Of a stretch of 64,000 bases of DNA, positions 1 through 9,362 are shown in pieces. The translations under genes and the position numbers were made by a program. The notes under the pieces were generated by a model. That model was not told the origin of the DNA and searched no databases. It was given only the letters and a program-made list of their open reading frames with translations. Numbering within the stretch: the stretch's first letter is position 1; each line of letters begins with the position of its first letter. Source of the stretch: a virus; the UHGV virus genome UHGV-1375844; one strand, written 5' to 3'.

Positions 1-2225
1 TTGGTCAAAATGCCTATCGCCATGAGATCAATATCACTAAGGTGTTCAATCTCTTTGGCTACAGTGCGCAGGTGCTCGCTGAACCCATCTCCGGCAGCAC
101 ATGGCGCACCGTCACTCATGACCAGCATAATTTTTTTGTCTTCTGTTCGTCCCGAAAAGAGTGAGGCCAGTTGCGCGATACTCTCCCCATCAACGTTGTT
201 GAGTAACGGGAACGTTTCTCCGACGCAACCCATACGAGCGCGGATCTCTGGTGAGTTAGCTTTCTCGTTCCAGTTTTTGATGATAGGCAACATCAGGGCT
301 TCAAAACGCGAAAAACCACGTTTCGACATTGTTCCATGATCAGGGGCGCCGAATGTGGTAAAGCCGGTGATGATATTCGGTACGTTAATACGATCGAGTG
401 CATCAGCGATTGTGTAGGCACTGGCGAGTGCCAGATGAATCTTTCTGCCGCCCATTGAACCTGACAAATCGATTACCTGCTGCACACAGGCGTTAACTGC
501 CTTGTGATCTTCTTTCCGTCGAAATACGCGATCATCCTTCATTGCCAGACGATAAAGACTTGAGCCATGAACACGCCCTCGACGTTGGCCAGGGACAAAC
601 TGCACACGATTACGACTGGCGATCGCCCGTTCCAAATCTTTGGCCAGGGTTGAAGACACTCCGGCTGAAAGGTGTTCTTCAACCTGCAATTCAAACAGTT
701 TTCGTCCCTCTGGAACCATACGATAGCGATCAACAGGAGAGTGCATAGGGATTGCGCCAAAAACCTTTTTGGCCCGCTTGATATGCTCTTCCGCCTCGTC
801 AATTGGGCCGATGAAATCGTAAGAGCGGTCATACGGACGGTAATCAGAAAGAGAGCCGCTCATCAGCTCTTTGCTGATGGTTTCCGACAGCGCATCCTCA
901 GTCATTTCATCGGTACCGTCTTCTATTTCATCAAGCGCCTTCAGTGCATCTTCCAGCGTCATTCCGTCTGTTTCTGCAACGAAGCCTGTGTCACCATCAG
1001 GCGTCTCTTCTGTACCCTCGTCCTTTTCGCTCCCGTAGCTCTCTTCATCTTCTTCGCCGGGCACCCCATCGCCATCGCCAGCTCCACCATGTTCGGCAGT
1101 GTCATCTTCTCCTGACCCATAACCATCGGAATCATCGGCGTCATCTTGAATGCCGTCACCAGGGGCCGGAGACCCATCGCCCTCTGAGCCAGAACCTTCT
1201 TCATTTGCAGAATCCGGTGGTGTGGTGCTGCCGTCTTCGTCGGTATCTGGGTGTTCTCCGTGTTCTTCTTTACCTGTTTCTGAAGAATCATTACTTGTAT
1301 CACTTATGTCTTTATCGTCAGTAGGTAAGTCCTTATCTAATAAATCAGGCGAATCAGAATCACCAGAATCGCGATCTTTGGCTTCTTCTTCTTTGTCTCC
1401 GCCTTCTTCTTTCCGCCCTGGTGTGGCTTCTTCACGGCTGGGTTTTTCTGGCGCTTCAGGTTTATCTCCAGACTCATCATCGCGCTTGGAGGGCTTCTTT
1501 GCAGAAGATTTCATTTCAGGAAGTTTACCTTCTGGTTTTTCCTTCATGTCTTTCATGATCTGCGCAATAGCCGCGGCAACTTTGACGCAGTCTTCAGTAC
1601 TCGACATGTTGCGAACGGCAGCGTCGATACCGTGTTCTTTAAGCAGGGCGACGGGTTTTGAGATGTAATGCCAGTTATCTTCCATAAACTCGACGAAAGG
1701 GCTTTGGCCATCCCAGGCTCTGACTACAGGGCACAGGAAAAACTTCAGAAACAGATCTCGCTGATCCCCGCGACAGATAGATACTGCCTCGACTACTTTC
1801 GTCTTAAAGTATTTGTCGATAATGAGGTTTTGGGTTGCCAGAAGGTTACGACGAGTCCCATTAAAAACCTGCCCCATCCTGCGTTCGATAAAGACATCTT
1901 CCAGGGCATTCCAGAGACCTGTAGATGGCGCTTTTCCTTTCTCGCGCATCTTCATGGCGACCTTCGGATCAGTAAAAAGGATATGGGCTACCTCATGGTC
2001 TAGAAAGCCGCGTACCGCGTTCATCAGCGTAGGTGTTGCATCATCAGGTATGGATGGTATGTTGACCAACACCGGCTCTCCACGCTTGTTGTAGCGTACA
2101 AATGCTTCATTACCACGCTCCGCTACAGGGATGCTTTTTCCGGAAAGCATGGCGACTACTCGTTTAACGCAATCGCGAAAGTCCTGTACCTCTTTCAGTA
2201 CAGCTTTAGAAGATGCTTTAGACAT
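1..2225 (-). CDS. VWA-domain protein, CobT-like; C-terminal end lies beyond the window start
   Basis: Uninterrupted minus-strand frame from ATG at 2225 (MSKASSKAVLKEVQDF...) to the window edge, absent from the ORF track because it has no in-window stop; MIDAS-like DLSGSMGG motif; ~150-aa D/E/G/S-rich acidic linker; AAGGA 8 nt upstream of the ATG. Confidence 0.6.
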   Translation of the reverse strand, partial: MSKASSKAVLKEVQDFRDCVKRVVAMLSGKSIPVAERGNEAFVRYNKRGEPVLVNIPSIPDDATPTLMNAVRGFLDHEVAHILFTDPKVAMKMREKGKAPSTGLWNALEDVFIERRMGQVFNGTRRNLLATQNLIIDKYFKTKVVEAVSICRGDQRDLFLKFFLCPVVRAWDGQSPFVEFMEDNWHYISKPVALLKEHGIDAAVRNMSSTEDCVKVAAAIAQIMKDMKEKPEGKLPEMKSSAKKPSKRDDESGDKPEAPEKPSREEATPGRKEEGGDKEEEAKDRDSGDSDSPDLLDKDLPTDDKDISDTSNDSSETGKEEHGEHPDTDEDGSTTPPDSANEEGSGSEGDGSPAPGDGIQDDADDSDGYGSGEDDTAEHGGAGDGDGVPGEEDEESYGSEKDEGTEETPDGDTGFVAETDGMTLEDALKALDEIEDGTDEMTEDALSETISKELMSGSLSDYRPYDRSYDFIGPIDEAEEHIKRAKKVFGAIPMHSPVDRYRMVPEGRKLFELQVEEHLSAGVSSTLAKDLERAIASRNRVQFVPGQRRGRVHGSSLYRLAMKDDRVFRRKEDHKAVNACVQQVIDLSGSMGGRKIHLALASAYTIADALDRINVPNIITGFTTFGAPDHGTMSKRGFSRFEALMLPIIKNWNEKANSPEIRARMGCVGETFPLLNNVDGESIAQLASLFSGRTEDKKIMLVMSDGAPCAAGDGFSEHLRTVAKEIEHLSDIDLMAIGILT

Positions 2226-2243
2226 TAGAATTTCCTTGTTTTT

Positions 2244-2264
2244 AAAACAATTTGTTTTCTGATG
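2244..2264 (-). promoter_or_regulatory. Conserved promoter-proximal near-palindrome (AAACAATTTGTTTTCT family), copy 1, upstream of the VWA gene
   Basis: Plus-strand aaaacaatttgttttctgatg lies between a GATACA -10-like hexamer and the RBS of the gene starting at 2225; same motif at 8 other gene starts. Confidence 0.45.
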
Positions 2265-2339
2265 TGTGAAATGTATCACTGTACGAACAGGCCGCTAAAC
2301 TGTTCGTACAGGTCAACTTAGGGGATCAGGGAAGGACGT

Positions 2340-2561
2340 TTAGTTCGTTCTGACTGCTAAGGAGCCGCAGCCGGTATTGATGAGTGTGAAGCGCTTATCA
2401 CAAAGTTCGAAGGTAAAGGCGGTGGCGTCACCCATATCGAGGGAAATCTGTTTTGCTGGAAGGTCGGCTAGGATTGCCGCCACCTTTTCCTCGTGCAAAG
2501 AGAAAATATGGCCAACTTCAAGTTTGTTCAAATTACAGGCTATTTTTTCCATTTCATTCAT
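2340..2561 (-). CDS. Hypothetical small protein (73 aa)
   Basis: ORF track; divergent from the HTH gene across an AT-rich intergenic region (2562-2814); followed by a 10-bp-stem hairpin at 2281-2313. Confidence 0.35.
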   Translation of the reverse strand: MNEMEKIACNLNKLEVGHIFSLHEEKVAAILADLPAKQISLDMGDATAFTFELCDKRFTLINTGCGSLAVRTN

Positions 2562-2814
2562 CCAACTACAACGGTTTCTAAACGTTTCTGAATACTACTA
2601 CCTATTGTATCAATAAGGAATATTTTCATATCAGATGTTTCTGCTTGCGTGACAATGAAAATGCAAATCATTATTCGCTTAAGTCTTGCCCTGTCTGGGA
2701 TTTAAGAGCATAATGTGCCGCCAACAAATGATAGATAAGTCTTTACAACCCTGACCTTTGATGTAATATCAGTAAGCACTTACCAGAGACAAATAAAACA
2801 CGCAGGGTTTAATC

Positions 2815-3195
2815 ATGGCTACCAATGAAACAAAACAAGGTCGCTACGCCGCCTATATCGACTCTCTCATCACCATTTCTCCAAAAAGTCAGGCCACTAT
2901 TGCTAAGGAAATTGGGTACAAAAACCCCAATAATCTATCGCTTATCAAAAGTGGCAAAATTCCTCTGCCGGTGGACAAGGTTCGCCCGTTGGCCAACTCT
3001 TTGGATGCTGATCCAGTACGTCTCATGCTCATGGTTCTCGAAGAGCGTCACCCTGAGCTTCTTGAGTTCTTCCGTGATGAAGGCACAGCTCCGCTTTCCC
3101 AAGACGAAAAACAGGTATTGGATGCTTTTCGTAAGCGTTTCGATGGTCAACAAGGTGCTTCAGAACAGGTCGTCGAGGCCATCAAGTCAATGTGA
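2815..3195 (+). CDS. Putative HTH transcriptional regulator (candidate lysogeny-switch protein)
   Basis: N-terminal segment SQATIAKEIGYKNPNNLSLIKSGK resembles an XRE-type helix-turn-helix; divergent promoter region with 2340..2561; convergent with and adjacent to the integrase; variant of the intergenic palindrome (agtaagcacttac, 2771-2783) upstream. Confidence 0.5.
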   Translation: MATNETKQGRYAAYIDSLITISPKSQATIAKEIGYKNPNNLSLIKSGKIPLPVDKVRPLANSLDADPVRLMLMVLEERHPELLEFFRDEGTAPLSQDEKQVLDAFRKRFDGQQGASEQVVEAIKSM

Positions 3196-4293
3196 GAAAT
3201 TTATACGAATAAGCTCTGTCGCTAGACGATCTCCCTTGAAATTATGGTCTATCTCGTCTAAATCTGGTTGTTCTACGATGGATGCGATGTACGCCGAAAA
3301 TTTACATAAGGCGTCTCGCATTTCATCCATATAGTCGTGACGGTCGTAAACCCGATCTATACCTTCAAGGCTATGGTTCATGATTTTACGAGAGACTTCC
3401 TGATTAATACCCAGGGCAGGGAAATAGCTACGCGCAGTTCTTCGCAGATCGCGTGGGGTGAAAACCTCAACCTCCATCAACTCCGGACGTTCCAAAATCC
3501 TCCGGAGCGCCTGTGATATGGCTACTTTAGACATTGGCATGTCCTTATCGCGTTTCTTGTTTGAGGGCACCAGCCACTGGCTGTCTTTCCCATATTTAAA
3601 CAGTTCCTCGACGCACTTCCTCATCAGCGGGCTTAACGGTAGAGCATGTTGCCTGGCCGATTTATTACGTGTGCCTTGATTCCATACATCACGTTGAAGG
3701 TTGAACTCACTCTTCTTGGCCCGGAGCACTTCATCGGGTCGCCTGGCAGCCACGAGACATAATCTGGCCGCCCACTTTGTCCCTTCGCATACGTTGAAAT
3801 AATCCCAGACGTTCCAAAAAACCCAAACTTCGGCGTCCGTTAGCTTCCGTTCCCGGGGCGTAGGTTTGGCGCCACCAGCGACTTTGTTGAGCGACATATC
3901 GTTCAACGGCGACGTTTCGATGACCCCCTGGAAGGCGCACCAGCCCAAAAACTGCTTCATCAGGGAAAACACACGCCTGCCCATGACGATCTTCCCTTCC
4001 AGAATGAGCGGGTTCACCAGCTGGTTGACGAGAACCCTACTAATGTCACTTACTTTTACATCAGAGATAAAAGGTAAAACATGTATCAAAACACAATGGA
4101 CGGCGATCTCCGGTCGGCGTCTTGTTATGAGTAAAGATAAGCGAGTGAATAACAAGAAGGCATCTGAAAACTTCATGTCGCCACTTACCAGAGAGGCTGC
4201 CATCGCATTCATTTGCGAAGCCCGTTCCAGAAACTCAATCGCTTCTCGTGAGGTGTTTTCGGCTGCGCGTGCTCGATCAAACGAATTTTTCAT
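3187..4293 (-). CDS. int: Tyrosine recombinase / phage integrase (P4-like)
   Basis: C-terminal FTPRDLRRTARSY ... NHSLEGIDRVYDRHDY matches the box II / catalytic Tyr region of tyrosine integrases, but with Arg where the first box II His is usual; 368 aa. Confidence 0.75.
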   Translation of the reverse strand: MKNSFDRARAAENTSREAIEFLERASQMNAMAASLVSGDMKFSDAFLLFTRLSLLITRRRPEIAVHCVLIHVLPFISDVKVSDISRVLVNQLVNPLILEGKIVMGRRVFSLMKQFLGWCAFQGVIETSPLNDMSLNKVAGGAKPTPRERKLTDAEVWVFWNVWDYFNVCEGTKWAARLCLVAARRPDEVLRAKKSEFNLQRDVWNQGTRNKSARQHALPLSPLMRKCVEELFKYGKDSQWLVPSNKKRDKDMPMSKVAISQALRRILERPELMEVEVFTPRDLRRTARSYFPALGINQEVSRKIMNHSLEGIDRVYDRHDYMDEMRDALCKFSAYIASIVEQPDLDEIDHNFKGDRLATELIRINFSH

Positions 4294-4559
4294 AGTCCAA
4301 TCACTTAGTTAGCCGTAACACTGTATGTATAAACAGTATATTAGGCATTGTTTCTTATGGGATCAAGCCTAACGTTACAGTGATTTTACCAATGATTCCA
4401 TACTTAATAGGTATGGAATCATTAGAGGGCATTTTTTTGAATTTTTACCAGTATTTGGGGGGAGAGATTATGGAAACAGTGACCAGTTGCAGAAACGATT
4501 AAAAAAGAGTGGCTAAGCGCGGTAAGCCCAAACCGAATGAAGAGTTACCGCGCGAAATT

Positions 4560-5183
4560 TTAAAAATCTTCCGCTTGTTCGTACCAGTCGCGTTCGGTAT
4601 CCGATTCTATGCGAGTAATTTCAAAATCCTCATCAATAAAATTCCACTTTTCATCACGCCATGACAAACGAACTTTGGCCTCTACATCAAACTCTGTACC
4701 GGAATAAACATGGTCAGGCAGCTGATCGCCCAAATAGTTGAATGCCACCTGCATGTCAAGAATACCCTTTGTTTCATCGTAAGCAGTATCGAGTACCGTT
4801 AGATCATCAATGACGAAACCTTCGGCGTTCGTGGTTGCGATATCTGCTGCTAACTCGTCATCCACGGCCATTTCAAGAGAGAGAAAGGGGCCATTATGAT
4901 AGATAGCTTCTTCGAAATTATTGTCACCAAAAGCGGCCATTAACAAACGAGACTCAAGCGGCGTTTCTTTGGAAACCTTAGTAAGCTCATGATAATTAGA
5001 GAAGTTCGAGTTTTTGGCGATGATCTCTAATGCCTGAGAATGCGTGAGAGAAACATCTGAGCGAGCCAGTTTTTTGGCTTTGGTTTTGATGAGTTCAAGA
5101 CAAGAATATTGTGACATGGCCGTTCTCCAAATTTCTGACGCTTTTGGAAACCGATAGCCTGCTAACCGGACTCCGCGCGTCAC
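4560..5183 (-). CDS. Hypothetical acidic protein (likely start at internal Met, MSQYSCLELIKTK)
   Basis: ORF track; no recognisable motif. Confidence 0.45.
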   Translation of the reverse strand: MTRGVRLAGYRFPKASEIWRTAMSQYSCLELIKTKAKKLARSDVSLTHSQALEIIAKNSNFSNYHELTKVSKETPLESRLLMAAFGDNNFEEAIYHNGPFLSLEMAVDDELAADIATTNAEGFVIDDLTVLDTAYDETKGILDMQVAFNYLGDQLPDHVYSGTEFDVEAKVRLSWRDEKWNFIDEDFEITRIESDTERDWYEQAEDF

Positions 5184-5385
5184 AAATGTGGGCGAGCCAA
5201 GTATTTTAAGGGTAAATCATGATGGGCTATTGCTTCGCGAGACAGGCGCCAGGTGACCATCACCACCTGGCGTCATAATGGCAAATTCATCTAATTAAGT
5301 CAAACTGAGCATCTCTGGTGCGGGTTGATCCAAAAAGATTGCCGTATAAATTACTATTACTGAACGTGGCTAATGTGGGCCTTTT

Positions 5386-5634
5386 TCATAGCGTACTCAC
5401 CAGTGCCGCAAATTCTGTATAACCCCCGATAGGCTCACCATTTACGAACACCTGCGGTATGGTTTCCACCGGCTTGCCAACCAGGTCGCTCAACTTCTCT
5501 TTGTCGATCCCGGCCGCCATGATGTCAATGTATTCGTAATCACCAAAGCCGTGGCCCTGCAGCTGCTTCGCCAGCTCGACCGCACGTTTGCAGTATGAGC
5601 AATTATCGCGTCCGTAGATAACGACCTTCATCAC
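5386..5634 (-). CDS. Glutaredoxin (NrdH/Grx-like)
   Basis: 82 aa; VVIYGRDNCSYCKRA CxxC active site and TIPQVFVNGEPIGGYTEF glutaredoxin signature. Confidence 0.8.
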   Translation of the reverse strand: MMKVVIYGRDNCSYCKRAVELAKQLQGHGFGDYEYIDIMAAGIDKEKLSDLVGKPVETIPQVFVNGEPIGGYTEFAALVSTL

Positions 5635-5996
5635 TTCACCTCGTGCAGCTGCTGCTTGAGAAGATAGCCTTCCAGGGGCCAGATTTTGGCAATCGCGTTC
5701 TGGCGTGCAATTTTACGTCCGATCTCCGGATCAAAGTTCTCCGGGCTGGCGCACGCAGACTCGCCAGTTACCGTGTAGCCGTTCTCCAGCACAAGAACGC
5801 AGAAGGTCAGCAGTTCGAGTGATTGCGGGGCCGGCTCAGGCTCTTCCTGCTTCAGCCACAACGGTGAGCTGCGATATCCGTCCGCGCCGGTAAAGTAAAA
5901 CTCGCCTGAGATAACGGCTTCGATGCGTTCCGGGGTAACACGCGCGGCCGTTTTGCCTTTGGCCACGATCTCTTTCTCGATATCCATATCGGTCAT
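5631..5996 (-). CDS. Gp49-like phage protein (PF13876-like)
   Basis: 121 aa; segment VTGESACASPENFDPEIGRKIARQNAIAKIWPLEGY resembles the N4 gp49 / Sf6 gp66 family as I recall it; 4-nt overlap with the glutaredoxin gene. Confidence 0.45.
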   Translation of the reverse strand: MTDMDIEKEIVAKGKTAARVTPERIEAVISGEFYFTGADGYRSSPLWLKQEEPEPAPQSLELLTFCVLVLENGYTVTGESACASPENFDPEIGRKIARQNAIAKIWPLEGYLLKQQLHEVK

Positions 5997-6011
5997 TTTG
6001 GTTTCCTTACG

Positions 6012-6242
6012 TTAAAAACGAGCAATCCGGGTACGAAGAATCAGCTCATAGGCTTTCATCGCGTCCAGCTGCTTAATGAGCATGTTGCGGTCGACATCAG
6101 GGAGACGACTAAAAATCTCGGTGGCTGTGAAGCACTCCAGCTTGAAAATACGGCGCGACAGATCTTCCTGTTCCTCTATCACGCGCTGCTGGTGAGGCAG
6201 ATATTCTTTGGTCACGCTTATCTCCTTATTGGTAGGCTTCAA
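6012..6242 (-). CDS. Hypothetical small protein (76 aa)
   Basis: ORF track; overlaps the end of the PhoH gene by 17 nt. Confidence 0.4.
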   Translation of the reverse strand: MKPTNKEISVTKEYLPHQQRVIEEQEDLSRRIFKLECFTATEIFSRLPDVDRNMLIKQLDAMKAYELILRTRIARF

Positions 6243-6999
6243 GCGCTATTTTGCATAACTCAGACCGTACACAGTCCTCGCTCTCAAACTCAATCCGACC
6301 AACATATTCAGACGGCTTAAAGCGCTCCATAGCGTCTTCCAGCCCGGATTTGACGCTGCCAGGAAGATCGCATTGGGTGATGTCCCCGTTAACGATAACC
6401 GTGACGTTTTCTCCCATACGGGTCAGGAACATTTTCATTTGTGACGCTGTCACGTTTTGAGCTTCATCCAGAATCACCACAGCGTTTTCGAAAGTGCGCC
6501 CACGCATGTAAGCGAAGGGGGCAATCTCCACTTTGGCCACCTCTGGCTTTAAGTAGTATTCGAGAAACGAGCCACCCAGACGCTTCTGTAGCACGTCATA
6601 GACTGGCCGGAAGAACGGAGCGAACTTCTCGCTCATGTCGCCCGGAAGAAAGCCCAGATCTTCGTCTGCTTGCAATACCGGCCGAGTCACGATGATCTTG
6701 TCTACTTCCTTATTAAGTAGACGCTGCGCTGCAACGGCCGCGGCCAGGTACGTTTTACCGCAGCCAGCTTCGCCAGTGGCGAACGTTAGCGTTTTGGTAT
6801 CGAGGGAGATGAGATAGTGGGCCTGGGCCTCGTTTCGCGCTTCGAGAGGAGAGTTGTCGCGCTTCGGTTTCGGAGGCAGAGCAGGGGCGGCAGCCAGTTC
6901 GTCAACAATGATTGTGTCAATTTCATAGCCACGAATACGTGATTTTGACTTCAGCGCCTGGCGAGCTGCGCGACGCGCCTGTTTACGTTTGTTTCCCAT
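6226..6999 (-). CDS. phoH: PhoH-like ATPase
   Basis: Walker A GEAGCGKTYLAAAVAA and downstream PhoH-like motifs; start re-placed at the internal ATG at 6999 (MGNKRKQARR) which has AGGA 6 nt upstream. Confidence 0.85.
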   Translation of the reverse strand: MGNKRKQARRAARQALKSKSRIRGYEIDTIIVDELAAAPALPPKPKRDNSPLEARNEAQAHYLISLDTKTLTFATGEAGCGKTYLAAAVAAQRLLNKEVDKIIVTRPVLQADEDLGFLPGDMSEKFAPFFRPVYDVLQKRLGGSFLEYYLKPEVAKVEIAPFAYMRGRTFENAVVILDEAQNVTASQMKMFLTRMGENVTVIVNGDITQCDLPGSVKSGLEDAMERFKPSEYVGRIEFESEDCVRSELCKIALEAYQ

Positions 7000-7046
7000 G
7001 TTGAGTCCTTTCAAGTGAGTCACCGGCCTGACTATAGCTAAATATG

Positions 7047-7066
7047 ATAAGTAAGTCATTACTTAT
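7047..7066. repeat. Intergenic palindrome family (ATAAGTAAG-n-CTTACTTAT), copy
   Basis: ataagtaagtcattacttat between the PhoH start and the plus-strand moron. Confidence 0.6.
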
Positions 7067-7205
7067 TTATCGTGGCTTTGTGCTAGGTTAAAACAGCTTT
7101 GGGGAGCTGGTGCGCTTAAGGCCTTCCAGAAAACTCAAACTAGCTGAAATAGTAGGGTCAATTAGGTATCATTCCTTTTCAAATTTAACCAAAGACTCTT
7201 ATAAA

Positions 7206-8438
7206 ATGCCTGCTTTGTTAATTCTCATAATTGGGACATTGATGATTATTTTCTGGGATGTGATTAAGGAAAACGTAGAGGTTATAGGTACGCTTGCCAC
7301 TTCACTTGCCTTTTTTGCTACTGCCTGGGCTGCTTACGAGGCAAGGCATAGTGCAAAGGCGGCAATGAAGGCGACCCAGCTGACGGCTGATTCACTTCTT
7401 GAAATGAAAAAAGCCTCTTTTAAGGAGTGGTACGGCATTTTACTTGAACAGCATAATAAATTACTTGAGGATGTTAATAAGACCTTATTGGATGACAATG
7501 AACTTAATACCAGGTTGAATATTAATGTCATAAGAGGTATTTATTATCACGTAACCAAAAATCCTGCTTACATTAAGTATATTAATCACATAATTTTAAT
7601 CCTGAATTATGTAGATAAAGACTTTTATCTGCCGTCCTCGGCGGAAAATGAAAAGAGATCTTATATAGAACAGTTGCGCAACAGCATTAGCCCAAAAGTA
7701 AGCCTGCTGATTGCTATTTTTGGCCTTAATATCGACAATAATAAAACTTATGATGCAAAGAAACTTTACAACCTTCTAAGCAAATATAACTTTTTTGAAA
7801 ATGAGCTATTTTTTGAAGTTGCAATATCAAAAGTTCATTACTTAGACACTTATGTCGCCGAGATATTTGACAAAGAATACCGAAAAGACGTTGAATTTTA
7901 TGTTGATGAAACGGTTTGTGGTCGTGCGCTCTCTTTTATCAATACGACATGCCGACACCATAGGATTACTTTCGCAGTTCAGTGGTCTTACAACAACCCC
8001 TGCCAAAAGCATTTGCTGAAAAGATTCAATGACCTACCTATGCACATGAGAAACGTCATTGGGCTGAACATGGAAAAAGCAGCCGAGAAAGTGGCTACGT
8101 TTAATTCTGAGTTGCCTGGTTTTGTCGGCTGGGAAATTAAGATTGCTAATAATAAGGTGAGAGTAATTAAGGATGAAAAAGAACTGAAAAGGCTAATAAA
8201 GCTTTACTATAAATACCCCTTTGACCCTCGACAAACTGGTATCGTGTTAACCAATGGTTTCACCAATAGATTCGCCGATGAGATTAGGAATAGTATGTCT
8301 AGCTATGCTTTACATAAAGCCTATCTAGAACTCAGCTCTAATCCGAACAAAGATCAGGTAATTGATGAGATTGTGTCAGAGGTTGAAAAAATGGTCGATA
8401 AATTTAAAACAGAACTTAATTCTTTCTGCTTTAACTGA
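7206..8438 (+). CDS. Hypothetical membrane-anchored protein, AT-rich moron
   Basis: Only plus-strand gene in a minus-strand block; markedly AT-rich, K/N/I/Y-rich; N-terminal hydrophobic helix (PALLILIIGTLMIIFW); own terminator; ORF track begins at GTG 7110, first ATG at 7206, no clear SD. Confidence 0.55.
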   Translation: MPALLILIIGTLMIIFWDVIKENVEVIGTLATSLAFFATAWAAYEARHSAKAAMKATQLTADSLLEMKKASFKEWYGILLEQHNKLLEDVNKTLLDDNELNTRLNINVIRGIYYHVTKNPAYIKYINHIILILNYVDKDFYLPSSAENEKRSYIEQLRNSISPKVSLLIAIFGLNIDNNKTYDAKKLYNLLSKYNFFENELFFEVAISKVHYLDTYVAEIFDKEYRKDVEFYVDETVCGRALSFINTTCRHHRITFAVQWSYNNPCQKHLLKRFNDLPMHMRNVIGLNMEKAAEKVATFNSELPGFVGWEIKIANNKVRVIKDEKELKRLIKLYYKYPFDPRQTGIVLTNGFTNRFADEIRNSMSSYALHKAYLELSSNPNKDQVIDEIVSEVEKMVDKFKTELNSFCFN

Positions 8439-8446
8439 CTAAAAGA

Positions 8447-8474
8447 AAAGGGGCCGAAGCCCCTTTGGATTTTG
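8447..8474. terminator. Bidirectional rho-independent terminator
   Basis: ggggc-cgaa-gcccc hairpin flanked by an A-run (8441-8449) and a T-rich run (8464-8473); sits between convergent genes 7206..8438 (+) and 8639..9250 (-). Confidence 0.7.
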
Positions 8475-8638
8475 CGCTGAAAAAAGTCTAACTACGATGC
8501 TAAGAAGCACTATGGTTAAGAACGTCTGCCGTGTCTATCACAGCGTTGAACGGTCTGGGTGACGTTAGCGGAGTCATTTAGTGAATGGAATCCCAAACCG
8601 TTCAGCGATGTGCTGGCCTCCGCAGAGGCCAGTCGGTA

Positions 8639-9250
8639 TTACGATTTGCCGGCGTTAACTACCACGCCCTGGCGACGAGAGTCAGCTTCGGCAATCTTCA
8701 GTCGAGTTTCGCGTTCGGCCTTCAGCTCGCCCTGCAATTGGGCCACCTGCGACTCAAGGAACTCGATACGAGAGTCTTTCGCGGCGCTGGATGCGTTCAG
8801 TTCCGCCATTTCCACACGATGATCAGACTTCAGCTGGTTGACTTCCGCAGTAAATTTGCTGGCAGCTGCGCTATAGCCAGCTTCGCGAGCTGTGTTAACC
8901 GCCTCTTCGTTGTTGTCCAGCGCGTTTTCAAGATCGCGCTTAAGCTGAGTCAGCTCGACGTTGGAAATGCTGGCCAGACCGCGCTTCTTCATCAGATCCG
9001 CAAGTACGCCATCTTCGTTTTCGATTACCTTCAGACGCAGTTCCGCAGCCTTTTCTCGCTCTTTACTTGCGAACTGGCTATCCAGACCAGCCAGCTCAGC
9101 CTGGCGATATTCAATTTCTTCGGCCAACGTAACGCTGGTTTGTGAAAGGGTGTTCAGCTCGGTCGCAACCTTCGCCATATCACCGGCAGCTTTAACCATT
9201 GCTTTGGTGGAACGCTCAGTTAGGGAGATGACTTTCTTAACTTCGGACAT
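8639..9250 (-). CDS. Hypothetical coiled-coil protein
   Basis: 203 aa, heptad-rich (AELAGLDSQFASKEREKAAELRLK..., VAQLQGELKAERETRLK); immediately downstream of the tRNA cluster. Confidence 0.5.
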   Translation of the reverse strand: MSEVKKVISLTERSTKAMVKAAGDMAKVATELNTLSQTSVTLAEEIEYRQAELAGLDSQFASKEREKAAELRLKVIENEDGVLADLMKKRGLASISNVELTQLKRDLENALDNNEEAVNTAREAGYSAAASKFTAEVNQLKSDHRVEMAELNASSAAKDSRIEFLESQVAQLQGELKAERETRLKIAEADSRRQGVVVNAGKS

Positions 9251-9275
9251 GTGTTTTCCTTCGTCGCTTTTATAT

Positions 9276-9362
9276 TGGCGGAAGGTAATGGAATCGAACC
9301 ATCACCGCGCTCGCAGTGGGACGGTTTTCAAGACCGCTTGAGCACCATGCTCCCTACCTTCC
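9276..9362 (-). tRNA. tRNA-Ser: tRNA-Ser (anticodon UGA), class II with long variable arm
   Basis: Reverse complement gives GGAAGGT...GGTCTTGAAAACCG...GGTTCGATTCC...ACCTTCCGCCA; 7-bp acceptor stem, encoded CCA, anticodon loop CTTGAAA. Confidence 0.7.

Noticed and set aside
1150-1668. Plus-strand 172-aa ORF rich in S/P/G
   Set aside because: Antisense to the acidic low-complexity linker of the VWA gene; compositional artefact
9276-9362. tRNA with anticodon TGA as a possible selenocysteine or suppressor tRNA
   Set aside because: The anticodon UGA reads UCA (Ser) codons; long variable arm and anticodon stem-loop match tRNA-Ser. tRNA-Sec would carry UCA
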